A stretch of 24,000 nt of DNA. It comes from Spirochaetia bacterium (GTDB lineage: Bacteria; Spirochaetota; Spirochaetia; CAKZLE01). Both the position numbers and the translations under genes were made by a program. Position 1 is the first letter of the stretch, and each line of letters opens with the position of its first letter. The notes below the pieces were generated by a model that was not told the DNA's origin, did not search any database, and saw only the letters and a program-made list of their open reading frames with translations. Below, piece after piece: positions 14,684 to 21,476 of the stretch. Location: assembly GCA_963677595.1 (NCBI GenBank), contig OY782041.1, positions 1,960,951 to 1,984,950 of the forward strand, given 5' to 3'.

Positions 14684-15067
14684 ATGGGGATGGTGGGAGG
14701 TTCGCTCAGGTCATCGATCACAGAGATCAATAATAATCTGATCATCACTCTTGCCGCTGAGATGGATGATGAGGATCTTGCGTCCTTCAGCGAATCGGTG
14801 ACGTTATTCAGCCATGGTCGTAAGCTCAATGGGGCTGTCATAGATTTCTCTATGGTGCAGGTACTGGACAGCTATACGCTGGAGGTCCTGCTGTCGTTGT
14901 CGAAGCATATCACGCTGCTCGGAGCAGAGGTCGTCTGGGTCGGGTTGAAGCCAGGAGTGGTCATCGGGCTGATAGACCTGAACATCGATCTTGACCAACT
15001 CAAGTTCAGGACTGCACTGAACCTTGACAGGGGGCTGGTGCTGCTTCAAAAGGGGCAGAATTCTTGA
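14684..15067 (+). CDS. RsbS-like single-domain STAS protein (stressosome antagonist)
   Basis: A small STAS protein: NLIITLAAEMDDEDL...GAVIDFSMVQVLDSYTLEVLL, with the conserved phosphorylatable Ser in the LDS context (S63, nt 14870-14872). The track ORF starts at TTG 14678; ATG codons lie at 14684 and 14690. Confidence 0.75.
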   Translation: MGMVGGSLRSSITEINNNLIITLAAEMDDEDLASFSESVTLFSHGRKLNGAVIDFSMVQVLDSYTLEVLLSLSKHITLLGAEVVWVGLKPGVVIGLIDLNIDLDQLKFRTALNLDRGLVLLQKGQNS

Positions 15068-15069
15068 CT

Positions 15070-15549
15070 ATGGCTGTGATGCAGGGAGCCCGTATGAGAG
15101 TGGAACAGGATCGGGCAGGTTTGATAGTACTCGAGACCTGCAGGGTGGATATAACGCATCCCTCCGACACGGGGCACGTGATCCCCCTCTGCAGGCTGAT
15201 GGCCAGGAAGGCGGGCTTTTCTGAGCGAGATGAGTTCCTCCTTGCCACGGTCGCATCAGAGCTGACGACGAACATCGTCAGGTATGCCGGCAAAGGGGAA
15301 CTGAACATCAGGATCCTCAGGAATCCCGCCACACGCCTGATAGGGCTCGAACTCTATGCAGAGGATCATGGTCCGGGCATCGAGAATGTGGAACTTGCCA
15401 TGACGGATAACTACTCGACAACGAGGAACAGCATCGGCTCAGGGCTGCCGGGGGTGAAGCGGATCATGGATGAGTTCTCGCTTGAGACAGCTGTCGGGGA
15501 GGGTGTCAGGATCAGGGCGGTGAAGTGGGGCAGACATGCAGAGGGTTGA
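15070..15549 (+). CDS. RsbT-like serine protein kinase (GHKL/HATPase_c, anti-sigma-factor-kinase type)
   Basis: N-box ELTTNIVRYAGKG, G1 EDHGPGI and G2 GSGLPGVKR, at ~160 aa as for RsbT/SpoIIAB-type kinases. The start is ambiguous: TTG at 15064 overlaps the RsbS stop, or ATG at 15070. Confidence 0.8.
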   Translation: MAVMQGARMRVEQDRAGLIVLETCRVDITHPSDTGHVIPLCRLMARKAGFSERDEFLLATVASELTTNIVRYAGKGELNIRILRNPATRLIGLELYAEDHGPGIENVELAMTDNYSTTRNSIGSGLPGVKRIMDEFSLETAVGEGVRIRAVKWGRHAEG

Positions 15550-16189
15550 GTACGGTACCGCAGTCCAGCCGTTGATCGGGGGGATCGAAGACAGCGGAGA
15601 CATCGCTGTGGTCAGGGAGGATACGGGCTCTCTCTATTTTGCCCTGGTTGATGTGCTCGGCCATGGGAGTGAGGCAGGGGAGGTCGCTGCGCAAGCCAGC
15701 CAGTTCCTGGGGTGTCACTGCGACGAGAGTCTGGTTGACCAGCTGAACGGGCTGCATGAGCACCTGAACGGGACAAGGGGTGCTGTTGCTGCGCTGTGCA
15801 GGTTGAATGTCGAAGACGGGACGCTGCAGCTGGCGGGTATAGGGAATATTGCCGTGCGGGTCATCGGTAGAGATTCATTTCAATTCGTACTTCGAGACGG
15901 GATCATCGGATACGGCCGGATCAAAGCCCTGCTCCAGGAGCGAACGATCTCACCGGGAGAATATATCGTCCTCCATTCAGACGGGATACGTTCCTTCCTC
16001 CGGGCAGAGAACTGTTTCGCTGCGATCAGGGGAAGTGCACATACCGTTGCTGACAATATCCTCAAGGAGTGTGCCTCTGGTGATGATGATGCTTCCTGTA
16101 TTGTAGTGAGATATACGGGAGCAGATCCTATGGCCTCTTCATCCTATGTGCCGTTTACCGGCAGATTGTCCGGGAGGTCAGGTTCATGA
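15536..16189 (+). CDS. RsbX-like PP2C/SpoIIE-family phosphatase
   Basis: SGDIAVV...ALVDVLGHGSEAG, TRGAVAA, GIGNIA, VLHSDGI and DDASCIVV parallel RsbX (GD..., DGLGSGS.A, RGATA, GN, HTDG, DD). It overlaps the RsbT-like 3' end by 14 nt. Confidence 0.8.
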   Translation: MQRVEYGTAVQPLIGGIEDSGDIAVVREDTGSLYFALVDVLGHGSEAGEVAAQASQFLGCHCDESLVDQLNGLHEHLNGTRGAVAALCRLNVEDGTLQLAGIGNIAVRVIGRDSFQFVLRDGIIGYGRIKALLQERTISPGEYIVLHSDGIRSFLRAENCFAAIRGSAHTVADNILKECASGDDDASCIVVRYTGADPMASSSYVPFTGRLSGRSGS

Positions 16190-18936
16190 ATCTGGGTAGA
16201 TTGCAGCTCTTTGATTCACAGTCACTGATCACTGCCCGCAGCCGGATCCATTCAGCGGCAAAGAGACTGGGCTGTCGGGAGATCTTCTGTATCAGGCTGG
16301 AGACCCTCTATTCTGAACTGTTCAGGAAGTGCCTCCTGTTTGGAGATGATCTGGAACTCAACTTCTCCCTGGCTGTATGCCAGGGTAGGCAGGTCGCGGA
16401 GATCGTGATCACCGGGTTCAGCGCCCCGCCTGATCTCGCATCCCTGCCAAAGCACCGTCTGGCACACGTAACTGCAGAGACGCTGGCTGAAGGTAGTGCC
16501 ATTCGATGCTCGACACCCCTTGATGAGGAGGTCAGCGGATGGGACGGCAACTCTTCCGATGAGAGACTGCAGGCTGTTCGCGACATCCTTGCGGAGAAGA
16601 GCAGGAACGAACTGCTGAAGGATATACTCCATAAGAACGAGGAACTCGAGCACAGCAGGACGCTGATCCATTCCGTCCTGGAGAATATCGACTCCATCGT
16701 CTATGCCAAGGACCTGGAAGGCCGGTATACCCTGGTGAACCATGACTGGGAAGCTGCCAGGGGCTTCTCGCAGGCCCAGGTGATCGGACGTCGCGATATC
16801 GACATCTTCAGGGATGGGGAGAGTGAGTCGAGCAAGAGGCTGCGAAATGACAACCATACCCAGGATCTGCAGGTCATGGTTGATGCTGTGATGTTCAAGG
16901 CTGAAGAGGTGATCGTGACACCGGAAGGTGCTGCCAAGCAGCTGCTTACTGTCAAGATCCCGCTTATCCGGCAGGATGAGGTCTACGGGATCAGCAGCAT
17001 ATCGATCGATATAACCGAACAGAAGGAGCTCTATGCCGAGTTAGAGGAGGCCCGGAAGATCGCCGAGGATGCTGCTGAGACGAAGTCAGCCTTCCTGGCT
17101 AACATGAGCCATGAGATCCGAACCCCGATGAACGCCATTATCGGTATGGCCCACCTGGTAGGGGAGACAGAGCTGAATGATAGGCAGCAGGGGTATGTGG
17201 AGAATATCCAGAAGTCGGGGGAACTGCTCCTTGGGATCATCAACGACATCCTCGACTACTCCAAGATCGAGGCTGGTAAGCTCGATATCGAAGAGACGGT
17301 GTTCAGCCTGTCTGAGGTCCTTCGCACCCTCAGGACCATCATAGACCTGAAATGCGAGACGAAGGGCTTAAGGCTCGCCTTCGAGATCGGGAAGCAGATA
17401 CCGGTCTATCTCATCGGGGACCCGCTGCGTATCGGGCAGATCCTGATCAACTACGCGAACAATGCGGTGAAGTTCACGCAAGAGGGTGGGGTGACCGTGC
17501 GGATATCCCTTGTGGGGAGACAGGATACCATCTATACGCTGCGTTTCGAGGTAGTCGACACCGGTATCGGTCTCACGGAGGAGCAGATGGGGAAACTCTT
17601 CTCCTCCTTCTCCCAGGCCGATGTCTCCATCACCCGACAGTACGGCGGTTCCGGACTCGGGCTCTCCATCTCGAAGAATCTCGCGCAGATGATGCACGGG
17701 ACCGTTGGAGTCTCTTCCGTCTATGGGGAAGGCAGTACGTTCTGGTTCACGGTTCCGCTGCATATCGATGAGGGGCACTATGGGGAAGGAGAGCAGCCTG
17801 AAGACCTTGATGAGACGTTCCAGAGGGAACTCGACCATCCTACCATAGGCAGGGGCAATCAGGAGAACGGTCCTGTTCCCGTGTTCAGGGAAGCCTCCGT
17901 CCTGCTCGTTGAGGATAACGAACTGAACATCCAGGTGGCAGAGGGGATGCTGGAGAAGTGGGGCATCAAGCCTGCTGTCGCGAGGAATGGCGAGATAGCC
18001 CTCAGCAAGGTGAAAGATACTCGCTATGACCTTATCTTCATGGATATGCAGATGCCGGTGATGGACGGGATCACGGCCAGTCACGAGATCCGGAAGGTCT
18101 TCACGATCGATGAACTCCCTATCATCGCCATGACAGCGAATGCCATGGCCGAGGACATCGAGAAGTGTGCACAAGCCGGGATGAACGGCCATATCGCGAA
18201 ACCGATCGAGCCGGACAAGCTCCTTGGTACCCTGCAGCAATACCTGAAATCGTACGAGACCGTAGAAGAACGTCCTGACGATATAGCAGGACAGAAGGAC
18301 ATGGAGAAACTCTTCATACCCGGCCTGAGGGCCGAAGCCGCTGTGGATCGGCTCGGTGGGAGTTGGGCTACCTATCGGGACCTGCTCGAGCTCTTCCTCT
18401 CTGAGAATAAGGATACAGAAGCGCAGCTCACCGGATTGCTTGAGTCCGGGCAGTTCCAGGAGGCCCAGCTGCTTGCCCATACCGTCAAGGGGACTGCCGG
18501 GGCGATCGGTGCAGTCCAGACTGCGGATCGTGCCAAAGATGTAGAGACTGCCCTGAAGAACCAGGAAGATCCTGGTCGCATTGCAGATCTTGTCTCAGCC
18601 CTGGCAGGGGAGCTGAACCCGCTGCTTGGACTGCTTCGATCCGAGTTCGCTGCGGGGGTTGACGTCACTGGTCAGTCAACATCTGGAGTAGGGGCTGTGC
18701 TGACACAAGAGAGCCTGGGCCTGCTTTATGACCTTGGTGATGTACTGAAGAAGCACAACCCGAAACGGTCGAAAGAGGCAGTGAACCGCTGTCTGGAACA
18801 AGCCTGGCCTAATGAGATCGCAGAAGGACTGTCGGAACTGGAGAAGATGGTAAAGGGCTTTCGCTACAAGGATGCCATAGTATTGATAGAGAGACTGATC
18901 AGCTCTGCTGAAGAGAACCGAAGGAGTGATACATGA
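16186..18936 (+). CDS. Soluble hybrid histidine kinase: unassigned N-terminal domain - PAS - HisKA - HATPase_c - REC - HPt
   Basis: H-box FLANMSHEIRTPMNAIIG (H309, nt 17110-17112); N/G boxes INYANNAVKF, VVDTGIGL, GGSGLGLSIS; REC VLLVEDNELN...DLIFMDMQMPVMDG...AKP (D620); HPt AHTVKGTAGAIGA (H765). No TM helices are evident. ATGA overlap with the RsbX-like stop. Confidence 0.9.
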   Translation: MNLGRLQLFDSQSLITARSRIHSAAKRLGCREIFCIRLETLYSELFRKCLLFGDDLELNFSLAVCQGRQVAEIVITGFSAPPDLASLPKHRLAHVTAETLAEGSAIRCSTPLDEEVSGWDGNSSDERLQAVRDILAEKSRNELLKDILHKNEELEHSRTLIHSVLENIDSIVYAKDLEGRYTLVNHDWEAARGFSQAQVIGRRDIDIFRDGESESSKRLRNDNHTQDLQVMVDAVMFKAEEVIVTPEGAAKQLLTVKIPLIRQDEVYGISSISIDITEQKELYAELEEARKIAEDAAETKSAFLANMSHEIRTPMNAIIGMAHLVGETELNDRQQGYVENIQKSGELLLGIINDILDYSKIEAGKLDIEETVFSLSEVLRTLRTIIDLKCETKGLRLAFEIGKQIPVYLIGDPLRIGQILINYANNAVKFTQEGGVTVRISLVGRQDTIYTLRFEVVDTGIGLTEEQMGKLFSSFSQADVSITRQYGGSGLGLSISKNLAQMMHGTVGVSSVYGEGSTFWFTVPLHIDEGHYGEGEQPEDLDETFQRELDHPTIGRGNQENGPVPVFREASVLLVEDNELNIQVAEGMLEKWGIKPAVARNGEIALSKVKDTRYDLIFMDMQMPVMDGITASHEIRKVFTIDELPIIAMTANAMAEDIEKCAQAGMNGHIAKPIEPDKLLGTLQQYLKSYETVEERPDDIAGQKDMEKLFIPGLRAEAAVDRLGGSWATYRDLLELFLSENKDTEAQLTGLLESGQFQEAQLLAHTVKGTAGAIGAVQTADRAKDVETALKNQEDPGRIADLVSALAGELNPLLGLLRSEFAAGVDVTGQSTSGVGAVLTQESLGLLYDLGDVLKKHNPKRSKEAVNRCLEQAWPNEIAEGLSELEKMVKGFRYKDAIVLIERLISSAEENRRSDT

Positions 18937-20045
18937 AGAAGATTTCAGACTGCCTGGTATTGATCGTGGATGACACGGAACTGAATGTGAGGATCCTGGT
19001 AGAGGCCCTCGGTGATGATTATGAGCTCGCAGTCGCCATGGACGGGGACATGGCCCTGGAGTTGCTGGAGGAGACGATCCCCGATATCGTCCTGCTCGAT
19101 ATCATGATGCCGAACATCAGCGGCCTCGAGGTCTGCGAGAAGATGAAGCAGAACCCTGCCACACAGGATATTCCTGTCATCTTCCTCTCGGCCATGACCG
19201 ATATCGACAGCAAGTCGAAGGGGTTCGAGCTTGGCGCGGTCGATTTCGTCGAGAAGCCGTTCGACATCAGGGAGGTCAAGGTAAGGGTGAAGACCCATCT
19301 CTCACTTGCGATCGCGAAGGCAGAACTTGCCCAGCAGAACGAGATCCTCAACCAGAAGGTGGCCGAACGGACAAAGGAGATCAAGCTCATCCAGGATGTG
19401 ACGCTTGAGACCCTTGCCGGTCTCGCGGAGTCCAGGGATCCCGATACCGGGCGGCACATCGCCCGTACCAGTACCTACGTGAAGATGCTGGCTGAAAAGC
19501 TGATGGACCACCCGATGTATGAAGGTGTCCTCACCCCTGAGAAGGTGTACAGTTTTTATGAGTCTGCACCCCTCCACGATATCGGGAAGGTGGGGATCCC
19601 GGATGCGATCCTACTCAAGCCCGGCAGGCTCACGGATGAGGAACGGGAGGAGATGAAGAACCATACCTACATCGGCTACAAGACCCTCAAGAGGCATATC
19701 AACAAACTCGGTGCCTACTCGTTCTTCACGAATGCGATGGATTTTGCCCTCTACCACCATGAGAAATGGGACGGCAGCGGGTATCCCCAGGGACTGAAAG
19801 GGGAGGATATTCCACTGGCCGGCAGACTCATGGCCTTGGCTGATGTCTATGATGCCCTGGTGAGCAAGCGGGTCTACAAGCCGTCGTTCCCCCACTCGAA
19901 GGCGGTACGGATCATCGAGGAGGATAGCGGTACACACTTCGATCCTGAACTGGTCGAGGTCTTCAAGTCGATCCACGAGGAGATCCGTGCTTTCGCGATC
20001 GAGAATGCAGATTTCGATGAGGAGCGGGAGTCCCTTCGATTGTAA
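18933..20045 (+). CDS. Response regulator with REC + HD-GYP domain (RpfG-type phosphohydrolase)
   Basis: REC LVLIVDDTELN...DIVLLDIMMPNISG...EKP (D56). The HD-GYP domain has RHIARTS, PLHDIGKVGIPDAILLKPGRLT, EMKNHTYIGY, HHEKWDGSGYPQGL (GYP at nt 19779-19787) and LADVYDAL. ATGA overlap with the kinase stop. Confidence 0.9.
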   Translation: MKKISDCLVLIVDDTELNVRILVEALGDDYELAVAMDGDMALELLEETIPDIVLLDIMMPNISGLEVCEKMKQNPATQDIPVIFLSAMTDIDSKSKGFELGAVDFVEKPFDIREVKVRVKTHLSLAIAKAELAQQNEILNQKVAERTKEIKLIQDVTLETLAGLAESRDPDTGRHIARTSTYVKMLAEKLMDHPMYEGVLTPEKVYSFYESAPLHDIGKVGIPDAILLKPGRLTDEEREEMKNHTYIGYKTLKRHINKLGAYSFFTNAMDFALYHHEKWDGSGYPQGLKGEDIPLAGRLMALADVYDALVSKRVYKPSFPHSKAVRIIEEDSGTHFDPELVEVFKSIHEEIRAFAIENADFDEERESLRL

Positions 20046-20121
20046 GACTTGGAAGAGATCCTGGTAACCCGGAAAGTACCCTGATCCCAGCGCAGGATGA
20101 TCAGCATAGATGAATTGCTAC

Positions 20122-20490
20122 CTACGGGACCTGCTTCATATCCTGAAGGAGGACTTCCGCAGGTATATGAAGCTCCACATGCAGATTCCTCATCATTGAA
20201 AGACTGAGAGGCTGCTTCCTTTTCAGCACTTCAGAGACTTTGCTCTGGCTGCCTATGATAGGGATGAGGTCTCTCCTTGTCATCCCGCGCTGGTCCATAG
20301 CGAACAGGATCGCATCTATGGGATCGGGGAGAGCAATCGGATACTGCATATCCTCATAGGTTGTGACCAGTGAGGTGAATGATTCGATCTCGTCATTGAT
20401 CTCATCTGTTTCAGGTAGTTCCATGAGGGATTCAATGTATTCGAGTGCTGCCTCATAGTCCTGAGCAGTCTTGAGTAGTTTTGGTTTCAT
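20122..20490 (-). CDS. HigA-like / XRE-type HTH antitoxin-family protein (no partner toxin gene evident)
   Basis: The architecture is typical of COG5499-type antitoxins: an N-terminal helical region (AQDYEAALEYIESLM...) and a C-terminal HTH (GMTRRDLIPIIGSQSKVSEVLKRKQPLSLSMMRNLH). The track start at 20493 is a GTG. The ATG at 20490 is preceded on the minus strand by AGGGGG. Confidence 0.7.
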   Translation of the reverse strand: MKPKLLKTAQDYEAALEYIESLMELPETDEINDEIESFTSLVTTYEDMQYPIALPDPIDAILFAMDQRGMTRRDLIPIIGSQSKVSEVLKRKQPLSLSMMRNLHVELHIPAEVLLQDMKQVP

Positions 20491-20590
20491 CACATCCGCA
20501 ACCCCCTTCCCGTATCATACCATACGAGGAAGCCACAAGCAAATCGAAGCCTGTGTGCGTCTTATGGATATGCGGGTTTATTTGTTCTAG

Positions 20591-20621
20591 TATGACCAAA
20601 AGTAGTAATTAAGTCATAGCA
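20591..20621. repeat. Palindromic repeat copy A: TATGAC-N16-GTCATAGCA
   Basis: TATGAC at 20591-20596 and GTCATA at 20613-20618 are exact inverted repeats with a 16-nt AT-rich spacer. 25 of 31 positions are identical to copy B. Confidence 0.6.
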
Positions 20622-20730
20622 AGCATATCTTGATTTTTTACCCATACTATACGGAGAGAAACTGCTGTACGCTGTTATTCCAGAACCAGAGCTTGCCATT
20701 GGGGTATGGGTATAGTCATCACTGCAGTAT

Positions 20731-20761
20731 TATGACTAAAAGTTATAAGATAGTCATAGCA
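20731..20761. repeat. Palindromic repeat copy B: TATGAC-N16-GTCATAGCA
   Basis: TATGAC at 20731-20736 and GTCATA at 20753-20758, 140 nt from copy A. An extra half-site TAGTCAT lies at 20713-20719. Confidence 0.6.
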
Positions 20762-20816
20762 GTTGATTCGGTAGGAACCGGTGTGGAAGCCTGTTGCATC
20801 AGGTGTCTGATGAGGG

Positions 20817-21383
20817 TTAGGGTCTTGAGAAGAGATTCTGGATCAGTGCAGCAGGGATGAGGAAGATGATGCCCAGCGACTGGATGAGGTCGCTGCCGAT
20901 CCTCCTGCCTGCAGCCCCCTTCCCCTTGAGGCGGTTCATCAGTGCGATGAAGGCGATCCCGTTGATGTTCCCGAACATGATGACCCGGATCGCGGCAAGG
21001 ATCGCGGCGGCTGTCCCTTCCCCATAGCGGGAGAGGACTCGATCCCATACCTCGGCCTCATAGTTCCCGAAGGTGTCAGCATAGTGCTGGGCGAAGAGGA
21101 GGGCGACTGCTTCCTCTTCTGCTGCAGCTCCTTCCTCGAGGTTCACCATGGAGGTGATCTCCTCTTCTGACATGCCGCTCTCAAGGGCATGTTTGGCATG
21201 ATAGTAGTTGCAGACGGCACAACCGTTGACCTCAGTGACCACCAGCATGATACGGGTGATGAACTCCTTGGAGATCAGTCCCGACTTCTCTGCCTTCCTC
21301 ATGACCGGCATGCTCCTCATGGCCAGACGGATGACATGGTAGAACTGCGGTACGGTGAATATCCTGGCTTTCATCTGTCTCAT
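20817..21383 (-). CDS. Carboxymuconolactone decarboxylase (AhpD-like) family protein with hydrophobic C-terminal segments
   Basis: The CMD/AhpD CxxC motif VNGCAVCNYYHAKHAL. The C-terminus has hydrophobic stretches AAAILAAIRVIMFGNINGIAFIAL and LIQSLGIIFLIPAALIQNLF. A strong RBS AAGGAGG lies 8 nt upstream of the ATG at 21383. Confidence 0.75.
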   Translation of the reverse strand: MRQMKARIFTVPQFYHVIRLAMRSMPVMRKAEKSGLISKEFITRIMLVVTEVNGCAVCNYYHAKHALESGMSEEEITSMVNLEEGAAAEEEAVALLFAQHYADTFGNYEAEVWDRVLSRYGEGTAAAILAAIRVIMFGNINGIAFIALMNRLKGKGAAGRRIGSDLIQSLGIIFLIPAALIQNLFSRP

Positions 21384-21422
21384 GCGGTGTGCCTCCTTGG
21401 GAATAGATACTACTATTCTGCA

Positions 21423-21459
21423 GATAAATCAAGGAGAGTAGCCGAATCCACGATTTATC
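21423..21459. promoter_or_regulatory. Inverted repeat GATAAATC-N21-GATTTATC in the divergent AhpD-like/MFS intergenic region
   Basis: GATAAATC at 21423-21430 and GATTTATC at 21452-21459. A second small inverted repeat, GAATAG-N6-CTATTC, lies at 21401-21418. The MFS ATG at 21477 has no SD sequence, so it may be leaderless. Confidence 0.3.
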
Positions 21460-21476
21460 GGTATACTCAACAGCAT

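Noticed and set aside
17368-18480. 370-aa minus-strand ORF inside the hybrid histidine kinase gene
   Set aside because: It is antisense to a gene with H-box, N/G-box, REC and HPt motifs all in the plus frame. It has no motifs of its own.
20562-20699. 45-aa minus-strand ORF (MASSGSGITAYSSFSPYSMGKKSRYACYDLITTFGHTRTNKPAYP) upstream of the HigA-like gene, as a possible HigB-type toxin
   Set aside because: It is too short and shows no resemblance to HigB/RelE/COG4680 toxins that I can recognise. It has no RBS and it overlaps palindrome copy A. It is kept only as something a sensitive search could revisit.
20630-20860. 76-aa plus-strand ORF (TTG start) in the AT-rich spacer
   Set aside because: It has a non-ATG start without an RBS and a Cys/Tyr-rich random-looking sequence. 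It runs into the 3' end of the opposite-strand AhpD-like gene.
21189-21476. N-terminal extension of the MFS ORF (track ORF 21189..22727); the upstream extensions 4261..4470 (MrpC-like) and 1085..1138 (hypothetical, GTG) were rejected likewise
   Set aside because: The extension overlaps the opposite-strand AhpD-like gene or the preceding gene and lacks any family similarity. Downstream ATGs are consistent with operon spacing.
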